Virus record (IMG/VR): IMGVR_UViG_3300020519_000004
DNA from: an uncultured virus (IMG/VR IMGVR_UViG_3300020519_000004)
Lineage: Duplodnaviria; Heunggongvirae; Uroviricota; Caudoviricetes
Length of the DNA stretch: 64,000 nucleotides
Direction: 5' to 3' (one strand)
Of this stretch, positions 8,990 through 20,671 are shown one piece after another. Made by a program: the position numbers and the translations under genes. The notes beneath the pieces are model-generated. The model was not told the origin of the DNA and made no database searches. It worked only from the letters and a program-made list of their open reading frames with translations. Position 1 is the first letter of the stretch; each line of letters opens with the position of its first letter.

Positions 8990-10418
8990 GTGATGATGAA
9001 AGTTTATCAAATATATGTTCCTGAATTAGCGACTTATATAAAATATAAAGTCTTGAATCCAGAAGACATTGAATCATTAGTTGAAGAACTAGATATTAAT
9101 TCTCCTAAGGATTTCAAACTTGCTGTATTAGAGCATGTGATATATAATGTTAAATCAGATGTCACCGATGCATTACGTCAGATGTCTCGAGACTCAGCAG
9201 AACGCTGTATTGACGCAATGTACAACGGTTGCGTAATGCTTAACCCCCGGATTAGACATAGATCTTTGGATAGACCTAGCTTATGCAAAATTGCCGCCAT
9301 CTAACTCTTTTGATAAAGATTTTTCCGCTATAGAATCTGAGCTAGCTAAAAGATATAAAGATACTATCTTAAATAAAGATTCAAAGAAAACTAGCTCTAG
9401 TAAATATAAAAAAATGTCTAGACAAAAGTTTCTTGGTTTAGAGAATCACTTACTGGGTAATGTTATAGGTCAGGAAGAAGCTGTAGATTCTGTAGTCTCA
9501 GCTTTAAAAAGATCTCAGGTTGGTTTGAATGATAAAAACAGACCTTTAGGCATTTTCCTTTTTGCCGGTTCTTCTGGAGTTGGTAAAACTCACCTAGCAA
9601 GCACATTACATAAATATCTTTTTGGTGAAGAATATCCAATGGTAAGAATAGATTGTGGAGAGTTTCAACACAAGCATGAAAATCAAAAATTAATAGGATC
9701 TCCTCCTGGATACGTTGGCCATGATGAAGGTGGTCAACTAGTTAATCTAGTTAAAAGAAATCCTTACACGGTTGTATTATTAGACGAAGTTGAAAAAGCG
9801 CATGTTGACATGTGGAATACATTCCTTCGAGTATTTGAAGACGGCGTACTTACAGATGGCAAGGGTGAGGAAGTAAGCTTCCTTAATACTGTTATAATAA
9901 TGACCACTAACTTAGGTAATGAAAAAACAGTTGATTATTTGCTTAGCGGCGGAACTGGCTTTGCTAAAAATATAAATCATAAAACGTCAACTACTCAAAT
10001 GCCGGCAAAAGAGATGGTTGAAAAAAATACTTTAGATGCAGTTCGTAAACACTTTAGGCCTGAATTCATAAATAGATTAGATAAAATAATTGTTTTCAAT
10101 CATTTAGATAGAAGTAACTTAGAAAAAATAGCAGAACTTGAAATGTCTATAATCATGGATAAATTATCTAAAAAAGGCTACAGCGTAAATTATACGGATG
10201 AAGTTATATCAGCTCTTTTAGATAAAGGTGTAGATAGTGTAAAGGGTGCTAGAGGTTTAGCTCAAGTTCGTAGAGAAAAAATGGAAGATCAATTAGCTGA
10301 TATATTAATTAAATCAGCTCCGCCACGTGGAACCATATTTGAAATATCATATAAAGATGAAAGTGATAATTTTCTTTTCACATTAAAGAAACCTTCAAAA
10401 GCAGCAACTGTTGCTTAG
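8990..10418 (+). CDS. ClpA/B-type AAA+ ATPase with a single NBD2-like domain; +1 shift at CGG 9248
   Basis: VIGQEEAV, FAGSSGVGKT, LIGSPPGYVGHDEGGQL, LLDEVEKAH, FRPEFINRLD; two track ORFs join to 475 aa. Confidence 0.9.
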
Positions 10419-10464
10419 TTTAATTACTATATAAGTGTAATCTAAATTTATAGGAGATTCTATT

Positions 10465-10767
10465 ATGATGGGTATGTCAAGCGGAGCAAAAGCACTTGCA
10501 GGACGCGCAGGACAAGTTTCTCGAGCTGTTAGTAACTTTGGTCAAGGAAGAGGTCAAAGATATGGAACGTCCTTAGTTAATAAAGGCATGGGCATGCCTG
10601 GTAGGCGAGGTCAAGCTGTAGCAATGGCTGGTTCTGCTATAGGTAATGCATCAAGATATGCAGGAAAAAATCCAAATAAAGCGATGGGAATTGCAGCTGG
10701 TGTAACTGGAGCTGGAGCTTACGGTGCCAATCGTCGTAGGGGTAGCCAAAACTACCCAATGTACTAA
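10465..10767 (+). CDS. small Gly/Arg-rich basic protein
   Basis: 100 aa, AGGAG SD; C-terminal AMGIAAGVTGAGAY..RRRGS. Confidence 0.75.
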   Translation: MMGMSSGAKALAGRAGQVSRAVSNFGQGRGQRYGTSLVNKGMGMPGRRGQAVAMAGSAIGNASRYAGKNPNKAMGIAAGVTGAGAYGANRRRGSQNYPMY

Positions 10768-10779
10768 AGGAATTAAATA

Positions 10780-11088
10780 ATGCCTTTTCCTCGTTTATCT
10801 GGACTGTCGGCTGGTGCAAGAGGCCTTGCTGGAAAAGCTAGAAGCACTGGTGGAAGAGCAACTAGCGCAACTGCTGGCGGGCTGCACACTGGCGGTAGTT
10901 ATCTCACTGCTTTTGGTAAAACTCATGGTGGAAGCAGTGGTAGGGCAGTCGGGATGATGGGTAAGGGAGTTTTAGCTGCATCACAGCATCCTAAAACTAC
11001 AATGGGCTTGGCAGCAGGTGGAATTGGTTATGCTGGCTATAGAAATAGAAGAGGTAGTAAAAGTAATCCATTGATAGGTATGGAATAA
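10780..11088 (+). CDS. small Gly/Arg-rich basic protein (paralogue)
   Basis: 102 aa; TMGLAAGGIGYAGYRNRRGS. Confidence 0.75.
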   Translation: MPFPRLSGLSAGARGLAGKARSTGGRATSATAGGLHTGGSYLTAFGKTHGGSSGRAVGMMGKGVLAASQHPKTTMGLAAGGIGYAGYRNRRGSKSNPLIGME

Positions 11089-11092
11089 TTTA

Positions 11093-11287
11093 ATGTTAGC
11101 TGGAGCAAGGCGTTTAGCTGGTGGTGCCGGAAGAATAGTATCTGGCGCAAGAATGCCCAGCACTAGAAGAGGTAAATTTGCCCTTGGTGCAGGAATTGGA
11201 TTGGGTGGAATGGCTGCAATGCGCGGAAGATCATCTGGAGCAAATGGTTTACAAGGTAGGTCAAGTGGTGGAATGACAGGAATGTAA
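11093..11287 (+). CDS. small Gly/Arg-rich basic protein
   Basis: 64 aa; GKFALGAGIGLGGMAAMRGR. Confidence 0.65.
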   Translation: MLAGARRLAGGAGRIVSGARMPSTRRGKFALGAGIGLGGMAAMRGRSSGANGLQGRSSGGMTGM

Positions 11288-11324
11288 TAAAAAGTGATAT
11301 AATGTTATATATCTAGATGTAAGG

Positions 11325-11765
11325 ATGTTTAAAATGAGTGACTGGAAGAATTTTATTAACATAAATGGTGATTTTGAATTACCAAATTTTTTATATCGAA
11401 CAATAAATGATTTAATGAAACAAGCTTTAGATATGGGTACACTTCTTTCAGATGATCCTTATAAATTAAGGGCTTATAAAGAGCAGACAAAAAAACTATT
11501 TAAAAATAAATGGTATGATTTAGCTCAGGCTTTAGAATTTTTTGAAATAATAGAACATTGCTCATGTGTATCAGCGAGATTAGAAGCAAACGGCGGAAAA
11601 GATGTTTATTGTGACATATGTAAAGGTGCTAGATTTATTATTAGCTCTGCGCTCACTCCTGACGAAATGCGTGAAGTTAGCACTTTTGTTAATGCGGCGC
11701 AAAATGCGGAAGTAGCAGAAAAATTACAAAAAAGTTTAATGAAAATTCTTTCGGAACACAGATGA
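11325..11765 (+). CDS. hypothetical protein with CxC...CxxC
   Basis: 146 aa; TGATATAAT at 11295. Confidence 0.75.
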   Translation: MFKMSDWKNFININGDFELPNFLYRTINDLMKQALDMGTLLSDDPYKLRAYKEQTKKLFKNKWYDLAQALEFFEIIEHCSCVSARLEANGGKDVYCDICKGARFIISSALTPDEMREVSTFVNAAQNAEVAEKLQKSLMKILSEHR

Positions 11766-11939
11766 AATGTGGTAGATGTAACTATGATCTAAATTTTGTT
11801 TATGAAGACATAGTTCAGGCTGAACAAGTTTTACATATTCAAGAATATTATTGCCCCCGGATGCAAGAGCTGTTTAATAGAAACATACGCTCAAGAAGGT
11901 ATTATTAAATCTGAATGGATTGATTTTAATGGAAAATAA
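11762..11939 (+). CDS. zinc-ribbon protein; +1 shift at CGG 11858
   Basis: MKCGRC...YYCP[G]CKSC...EWIDFNGK; the second CxxC exists only after the shift; 58 aa. Confidence 0.7.
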
Positions 11940-12648
11940 TATAGAAAGATTTGAAGATAAAAATTCTTTTATGGATAAGTTTGAATCACTTCGTCCTGAT
12001 TTATTTTTTCCAGATGAATGGACGGATGAACAAAGAGAAAAAGCTGTCGATTTAGTTCGTCCACAAAAAACAAGAACGTCAATGTTTTCTTCAATTCCAA
12101 TGAGATGTGAAGCATCACGTTGCATTTTTGCTGAAACTTGTCCACTTCATCAACAAAATTTAGCACCAAAGGGAAAACCTTGTCCAATAGAAATGGGAAT
12201 GGTTTCTCAGTTTACTGGTGAATATATGGAACAACTAGACGTAAGTCCAAATAACTTAGTCGAAGTTTCAATGGTGAGAGATTTAGTTGATCAAGAAGTT
12301 CAATATTTGCGTAAAACAAAACTATTAGCTAAAGAACATTTTATTCAAGAAAATATTATTGGTATAGATAAAGATGGTGAGCCAATTCTTAAAAAAGAAT
12401 TACACTTAGCAGTGGAGCTTGAAGACAGATTACATAAAAGAAGAAAAGATTTACGTAATCAATTACTAGCAACTAGAGAAGCCAGGGCAAAGACTGGTCA
12501 AACTCAACTTGATACAGCTCAAGCTATTTCTGATATTATTCAGAAAGTACAAAAGATTGAAATAGAAAACAATAAGCTTATTCGTAAAAAACTTGGCACA
12601 TATGAAGTAGATGATTATATAGAAGCTAGCACTAAAGAACTAGAGTAG
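11929..12648 (+). CDS. possible terminase small subunit
   Basis: Cys cluster plus ELHLAVELEDRLHKRRKDLRNQLLATREARAK, reminiscent of P27-type small subunits. Confidence 0.4.
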   Translation: MENNIERFEDKNSFMDKFESLRPDLFFPDEWTDEQREKAVDLVRPQKTRTSMFSSIPMRCEASRCIFAETCPLHQQNLAPKGKPCPIEMGMVSQFTGEYMEQLDVSPNNLVEVSMVRDLVDQEVQYLRKTKLLAKEHFIQENIIGIDKDGEPILKKELHLAVELEDRLHKRRKDLRNQLLATREARAKTGQTQLDTAQAISDIIQKVQKIEIENNKLIRKKLGTYEVDDYIEASTKELE

Positions 12649-12652
12649 AGAT

Positions 12653-15600
12653 ATGAGAAAACATAGATTGAGTAACGCTCAACTAGAAAATCTGGGTAAT
12701 CAAATAGAAGTTGGAGAGCAATTCTTATCTCCTCAAAGATCTGCCGTAACAAGTCAAAGAATTGAAGCAATGCTGCGGAGATGAAATTGTTAGAGGAAAA
12801 ACATTTACTGTTGGATCCGCAAGAGGATATTTAGAAAGAGCAAAAGCTGTTACAGATTCATATTTAGATTACATGATGCAGCCTGAACACAGAAGTGCAT
12901 CTGGGCTTGCTAGATTTAGAGATTTAACAGACCAAGGATTAAGAGATAACTTAGAGTTTCTGGTTCAATCAGAAAACTTAGATTTATCTTTATTAAATAA
13001 AGCAGCTGCAGATGATGTCTATACGCAGTATAGAGAAAAAGTACTTTCTTTAGATCGAACATTCACTGAGTTAGGCATGCCGGGAAATTCGCTTCCATCA
13101 GAAAGTCCATATAGACACTTTTTAAGATATATAGTTGATCCATTTGGTAGTGGTGATCCAAAAGATGGAATTCATCCACATACACTCAACTTAATGAGAA
13201 CGTCATTTAACCCAACTCATGACGCAACAAGCTTAGAAGATTTTTCAACAGGTAGAAATAGAATGAGATCTCCATTTTCTCTTGCAAGACTATATGAAAG
13301 AAGTAAGAAATTTTTTCCAGAAGGATTACCTAGCTCTAATATTGTAGATAGAAGTAAGCCAATGAATCATTTAGCTTTTGAAAAAGGAAGAAAGTATACA
13401 GTTATAACATGGGACACTGAAACAACCGGACTAACTCCAGAATCTCAAATAAGAGAAATAGCATTAGTTAAAAGAGAAGTTACTTACCATCTTGATGGAA
13501 CAATGAGTAGCACTGCACCAGAAATATTAACTAGCAAAAGTTTTGCTTCCGATTTAATGGATATAGCTGGATACGTTGATAAAAATGGAGACACGATTCC
13601 ATTATCAGAAGCTGCATTTAAAGCTGAAAGAGGTGGTTACGTACCTGACGATGAAATGATAAAGTTTAGAAAGGCATACAAAGACGGCGGTTCAGAAGTT
13701 GTTTCAGATCTTAAAGATATTCTAAAAATTTTTACAAATGATGGTAAAAGTATTGAAAACTTTAGGGTAGAAGGTCACAACGCCGAAGCATTCGACTTAG
13801 ATAAACTTATAGGAACCCTGCAAAGGCTTCCAGCATTTCAAGAAGATGAAGAAGCAAAAAGTCTGTTGAAAAAATTTCTACAGTTAAGATCATCTAACCC
13901 TAGCTACATGATAGATACACTAGATAGTGCAAAAATTGCTATGGGTATGCAACAAGCTGAACTTGAAAGAATAATGCAAAATGCTGGATCAATTTTGGGA
14001 GACGACACGTTTAGTATATCTCCAGAATTGCAGCGTGGATTATTGTCTTCTTTTAGCGTTTCTCCAGAAATGTTTGGTGGAGCAAAAGGTACTGAGTCAT
14101 TAGAGAATTTATTCTTAAATACTAATTTTTTTGAATTATTAGAAAATAATGCTGGAGAAGAAGGATTAAAAAATTTAACTCGTTTAATGGAAACTCGTGG
14201 TACCCACACCGCAGAAGTCGACACGATGTTAAACGCATACATAAGTAATTTCATTAATAATAATGAACTTAAGATTAGAAGACTTCCAACTCCTGGATTA
14301 ACACCATCTGGATTAAGTGATGCAGCTGCAGCTGAATATAGAGTTAAAGAAAAAGAACTTCAAGACTTATTTAAAGCTCATGGCTTCATGAAAAAAGATA
14401 GGTCAATGACCGCTTTTGAAAAATTCATGAGAGCAAGAATTAGACAAAGCAGCGCAGTAACTCCAATAACTAATATATCAGACATGAGTAGAGTGTCTAG
14501 TAATGTTTTTGATTTTCTTCAAACAGAATCGGGAATGAAAAAGATATCTCTGTCTGTTGACACAGAGTATCTAGCAAGATTGCAAAGCAGTCCAGATTCA
14601 ATTAATCTTGGTATCAATCTAGCCGACGAAGCATCGGCAGGAGCAATTTATTACGACGCTGAAAAAGGTAAGTACGTATTTTCAAATTTTGAGTCTAGAG
14701 GAGTTTCAGGAGCAGGATTTCAGGAACTTGATAATACTGCAACGGTACAAGACGCTTTTAGATTTGCCTTGAATGAAGCTAGAGAAGGAAAAGCTGAAAG
14801 AATAAATTTAGGAAACGGTAACTCGATTTTAGCAAATCGAGGAAGTCTGGCTTTATCTAATATTGGAATAACTGAGATAGAAGCAACAGAGCTTGATCAA
14901 ATGGTGTATGCCAGGAGAGCCCTTAAAAATCTTGGAACACCTAGATCATTATCAACAAATGTGACTGGTCTATCTCAGGCAATGGGTACCACAAGTGAAC
15001 ATTATGGACTAAGAAGTGGCGGATACGCTCCAGCAATTGTTGGATCAAAAACCGCTGAGTATTCACAAGCTTTAATCGATAGAGGTTTACCTTATGCTAC
15101 TTATGATGTTAGAAGTAGAATACTAGCTTCAGCAGAAGCTAAAGCTACATCAAAAATAGGTGAAAAATTAATAGATAAAGTTTCAAGAGCTGGAACCAAT
15201 GCCTATAGTCCTTTGGCTGGAAAAGATCTAGGTAAGTTATCCGACATTGGTATACAATTTACAATGGCTCAAGGTAAAGAAAGTATTTTTGATATACAAA
15301 GAAGAACAAAAACGGGCACTTATGCTATAGAAGAAAATTCATATTTTAGAACCCCAGTTACCGGTACTGCCAAAAAATCAGCCAGAGTTATCGTCAATGC
15401 AGACGACCTTGCTAATCTCACAATAAGACAGTTTGACGATGCAGGAAATGTTATGGGTGATGGTATTAAATTCGGAAGTAAGGAATTTTTAGAAAACGCA
15501 GATTTAAATAGATTTATAGATTCAAAAGTTCAAGCAGCAGACTCACAATTAGAAGACACTATAAACAGAGCTTTTGTTCCTAAGAATTTAGGTAAAGAAA

Positions 15601-16610
15601 CTACTGATGATTTAGCTGAACAAGTTTTAGCTGGAAATATTAGAGCTTACAATAAACTTAAATCAACGCCAGGTTCTTTTATTAACACTCAAATGCAAGA
15701 TGAAGCAAGAACTTTAGCTAGAAATATTTTTGGTGAAAAAAACTTAACTTCAGTTAATCTAACAGAAAGAATGCAGCAATTATCCGAAGTTGCAAAACTT
15801 ACAACCCGAGAAGCTAGAGAAGAAAAATTAATTGAGTATGCAGGCAAAGCAGACCCAAATGTTGTTATTGCAAATTATAGAGCTACCGTTGGAACGATAG
15901 CAGAAGAAATAAGTCAAACAGGCATCATAGGAATGAAAATAACAGGAGATGCCGCAGTAGAAACCATAAATCAAGCAAGATTAGCTCAAGGTATTTCTGG
16001 CGTAGGGGATACTGACGTGGCATTAAAGGGTAGGGTTCATAGACTCATTGATATATTCAAAACTGAAAAAGACGGTGTAATCGGTTTTGCAACGTCTGGA
16101 TCAGTAACTGAAGATATGGATACAGCAGCAAGAGCTCTTGTAGGTGAAACAGTAGATCCCGGTATAGCAAGAGCTATGGAAGACGCCGCTGCAAAAACAG
16201 CTCTTATTAATTCTGGATCACTTGTAGAGTCTATTAATCCAACACTACCAGGCCTTAGTGAAGGTGAACAGATTGCTACCGATGCAATAGCATTAGGCAG
16301 AAGAGTATATGAATCCAATAAAGGAAAGTTTGCATTAGGCGCTTTAGCCTTAGCTGGAGCCGTTACTGGATATAAAATGGCCAAAAGAGGAAACGAAAAT
16401 GATCTTTATGACGCTACTATGGGACCAGCACCAGTTGAACAAGGGCAAAGGCCTTATGGTATACAAGAAGCATTAATGGGTAATGGTCAGACTTCAAGAA
16501 GAAGAGATCCATTATTCACAGCTGGTGTTGTAGGAAATTTAGATAGACAAAAAATAGGTCATACATCAATGGGTTCTAATAAAAATAATCATTTATTTGG
16601 AGATAGATAA
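12653..16610 (+). CDS. large protein with a DEDDh (DnaQ-like) exonuclease domain; +1 shift at CGG 12776
   Basis: WDTETTGL, GHNAEAFD, IDTLD, HTAEVD; C-terminal hydrophobic helix; 1318 aa after joining. Confidence 0.75.
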
Positions 16611-17180
16611 ATGGCACTTCTATCAAGCATAGGTAAATCTATATATAAAGGAGCTACCACTAAAACTGGAGCAGGCCTTATTATAGGAGGCGCTGCTATG
16701 GCGGGGCTTGCAAAAAATGCTGCACCAGCAGCAAGAGATGCTGCTATGGATGTTGCTTTTGGTGATCCTAATGCGGATGAAACTTTTCTCGGAAGAAAGC
16801 TAACGCCTGGTGCAGTCTTCGATGCAGCAATTCCAGGTTCTAGTACAGGTAGGAACACAATGGCCGCTATGGGCCTAGGAGCAACGCTGGGAGGCGTTGT
16901 TGGTGGCATGGCTAAAGGTTTTAAGGGTGGAGTTTTGGGAGCAGCATTTGGAGCAACAGCTGGATTAGCAGGAAGTGCTGCAATGGGAGTTGGTTATATA
17001 AATAGAAATGAAAGATTCATAAATGAATCACCGTATGTTGGGACTAGAAGATTAAACAGAGACATGACTTATGGTGGAAAACTTTATGGTCAAAGAAACA
17101 CTTCATCGCAAACCGCGCAAGAACTTAACGCAGACGGAAACATAGTACTCGGCTTACATAATTTAAGAAGGGGCGGTTAA
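16611..17180 (+). CDS. Gly/Ala-rich glycine-zipper protein
   Basis: 189 aa with GxxxG-rich hydrophobic helices. Confidence 0.75.
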   Translation: MALLSSIGKSIYKGATTKTGAGLIIGGAAMAGLAKNAAPAARDAAMDVAFGDPNADETFLGRKLTPGAVFDAAIPGSSTGRNTMAAMGLGATLGGVVGGMAKGFKGGVLGAAFGATAGLAGSAAMGVGYINRNERFINESPYVGTRRLNRDMTYGGKLYGQRNTSSQTAQELNADGNIVLGLHNLRRGG

Positions 17181-17182
17181 CC

Positions 17183-18797
17183 ATGAGTGATATGAGTGGA
17201 ATGACTGACGAAGCTCCTCAGATTCCAGGAATGATGGGTAAAGGTTTAGGCGCCCTTGAAGCAACAGCGGGAATACAAAATCCACTGTTGTTATTTGGCT
17301 ATGGTGGATACAGAGCTCAAAATACAATTCTTAAAGGTGGTTTTTTAGATAATAAAGGAGGACGTGGATTAGCAGCTAGGTCTAGAGCAAAGTTTAGACC
17401 TTTCATAGGAAACGCATTAGATCCACTTGGTCCACAAGGCGCAAGTCAATTTGTTGGCGGAACAAGACTCAAGCCAACAATGCAGAGTTTAAAACAAGGA
17501 CGAATCTTTACACCCACCAGAAGAGGAGAGCGTTTAGCAAAAGGTCGGAAGAGCTGCAGCTAGATCTGGTGTAGATGATTTAAATAAAGTAGGGTCTAAC
17601 TTTAAAAGATTTAGAAGAGGAAATCTAACTGCAAACCCTAGAGCATTCTTTAGGGATCCAAACCTTTCTCGATTTGGCGCTGGATATAATAAAGGATTTA
17701 TGGCACCTAATGCCGGTGGAGCATTAGCTTCATTAGGTAACATGATAACTAGAACTTCAAAGGAAGCAACACCAGCATTTAGTGGTGGAATCATTGGAAG
17801 AATGGGAGCTATAACTAAACTAGAAAGAAGAGCCGCAAGAAACGCAAGCAGTAAGGCTGTTCTACGTGGAGATTTAAATCTAGCGAGAATATCCAAGATG
17901 AACGGCAAAGGTTTGATGGCCAATGTAACTAGAACTGGTGTTATAACTCAAAATATTAGTCCTTTTGCAGGAACAGCATACTCTAGTATAGTTGCTCCGA
18001 CAACAGTGAGAACAGGTAGTGCTATATCAATAGCATCAACTCCATTAGCAGGATTAGTATCCAAAGGAGGAAAAGAAGCTCTTACAGTTGGTGAGCGCAG
18101 ATACATGACAATGATGGGTGTTAATGCTACAAAATCAAGAAACTTTATGAACGCAATATTAACACCTGGTGGTGGAGCAGAAATGCGAACTGCAATGGGA
18201 ACAGCTGGAACAAAAGCTTTTGGTATAACCAATATTGCAATGACGGATGCAGCTGAAAAAATGATCAGACCTTTAGCTGGAGCTCTAGGAAAAGATGCAA
18301 GACTACTTAATACAGCTTTGAATAGAGGAATTGGAACTGGTGCAGGTTTTGCATCATCAATGGCTGATGATGTCGTTAAAGCTAGAATGGGTACAATAGC
18401 TACTGAAATAGTAGACAAGGGAATAATAAAGTCACTTGGAACAAAAGGAGCTTTGTCTGCAGTTAAACACGGTGGAGCTAGAGTTGGTTTAGCTGTAGCT
18501 GGAGAAGCAGCATTAGCAGCTGTTCCTGGTCTTAATTTAATATTTGCAGCAGATATGGCCTATCAACTTGCTAAGCTTGGTGGATTGGCTGTTAAGGCTG
18601 GAATCAATTTTGGTAAAGATGGAATGAAATCAATGCAAGGTAATATGAATAGCGGAATCTTTGGAGCAGGATATAAAGATGATGAAGTTAGAGCAACCTC
18701 TAGGGCTAGAGGTGTTGCCGCAATTCAAAACAGTAGGCTAAATGCTAGATCATTGCTTGGATCAGAAGGTGCGATGATGGCTTCGCATTTCGGGTAG
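17183..18797 (+). CDS. Gly/Ala-rich basic protein, possibly virion-internal; +1 shift at CGG 17546
   Basis: two track ORFs join with no stop to 537 aa. Confidence 0.75.
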
Positions 18798-18805
18798 AAT
18801 ATACT

Positions 18806-20663
18806 ATGGACAAAACTCAGGAATTTCGTAAAAGACTAGAAGGTTTATCTAGAGACGATCTTTTAGAAATTATCAATGCTCAAGATCCAGAATATTCAAA
18901 ACAAGTAAATAGAATTGAATGGGTTTTTAAGAACAAATTAAATCACATAAATTGGGCTGATGGAACACCAGTTGAAGGCAGAGAATTTACAAATAGAGAA
19001 TTAGCTTTATTGATTGACGAACCTTTTGAGGTTGATAATAATCTTTTGGACATGCGGAATATCTGCTGATCAACAAAGACAAATACATCTATCTAAGGAT
19101 CCATGTAGATGGGCAAAACATTTTCTTCAAGCAGAAACAAGAGTTTATCAAACTTTGATTTTGCGCGATCCAGCATTAAGAAAAGTATTAAGAGCAGGTC
19201 GTCGTTTAGGAAAAACTTTCAGCATGGCTATTGCTTTACTCCATTATAGTTACACCCATAAAGATGGAAGATGTCTAGTTATTGCTCCAATGAAATCACA
19301 CGTTGAATTAATTTATCAAGAAATTCTTAGATTAGCTTCTAAGAATGAAATAGTAATGAATTCAATTACAAGAAAAGTAACTAGTCCTCAGTTTATGATT
19401 CAATTTTCTAATGGCTCTACAATTAGGTTCTTCACATCTGGTATGCGCTCAGGTGGAAAGTCAGACGTAGCCCGTGGTCAAGAAGCGCACATAATTGTAT
19501 TGGACGAAATGGACTACATGCATGCAGATGACCTTGACGCGCTCTACGCGATGTTACAGAAGACCGCAGAAGATCAACCGGACAAAATACTCATTGGAGC
19601 TTCAACACCAACTGGTAGAAGAGAAAGATTCTGGGAATGGTGCAGAAGCGCTAGATTCCAAGAGTTTTGGTTTCCGTCATATTGCAACCCATATTTTTCA
19701 AAAGAACAAGAAGATGAATTTAGAGAGCAATACTCAGAAATGGGTTATCGTCACGAAATTGAAGCAGACTGGGGCGAAGACGCAGAAGGTGTTTATCCTA
19801 GAAAGTTTATAGACAAAGCTTTTATAGATCCATCTTGGGATTATACACCTGAAATACAATCAGCTAGATCATTTTATACAATTGGGGTTGACTGGGATAA
19901 ATACGGCGCTGGAACAAACATAGTTGTATTGGAAACCTGCAATGAGAACTATGAAGATGAAAGATTTAGAAATAAAGTCAGAGTTGTGTATAGAGAAGAA
20001 ATTCCCAAGTCTGAATATACTTTAACAAATGGAGTTAATAGAATAGTTGAATTGAATGAATCTTTTCATCCAAAGCATATTTATGTTGACCGCGGATACG
20101 GAGAAGTTCAAGTTGAGCTACTTAGAAAATATGGAACGGAAAACCCAAAATCAAATCTTAGAGACAGAGTTAAAGGAATAGGTTTTGGTGAAAGTATAGA
20201 GATAAGAGATCCATATACTAAGCTTCCAATTAAAAAAGAAATTAAACCATACATGGTAGACAATCTAACTCAATACCTTGAAAGAGAAGCTATTTTATTT
20301 CCAGCTTCAGACGAAGAACTTTACATGCAGCTAATTTCATATGTTGTTGTTAGAACCACCCAAATGGGAAGACCTATATTTGAAGCTGGTGGATCAGCCA
20401 TGGATCACGCGCATGATGCTTTAATGTTAGCACTTCTTGCTATTACTCAAAATTATGGAGACTTTAGTAAATTAAAAGTGGCAAGAAATACAGAGAGTTT
20501 TTCAAATACGTTCTTTATGCCAAAGACAAGCAGTGCATCTGATGATGGGGATAAAGAAGCGCCTGCATCTGGTATCATGGTAACTACTAAGAGAAACTCT
20601 GACTTGATGCCAGGTATCAGAAAAGGGAGACCTGCAAAACGTGTTTCTAGAAAAATGTTTTAG
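18806..20663 (+). CDS. terL: terminase large subunit; +1 shift at CGG 19055
   Basis: RAGRRLGKT Walker A, IVLDEMDY Walker B, ASTPTG, IGVDW, DHAHDAL nuclease motifs; 618 aa. Confidence 0.93.
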
Positions 20664-20671
20664 GTAAAAAT

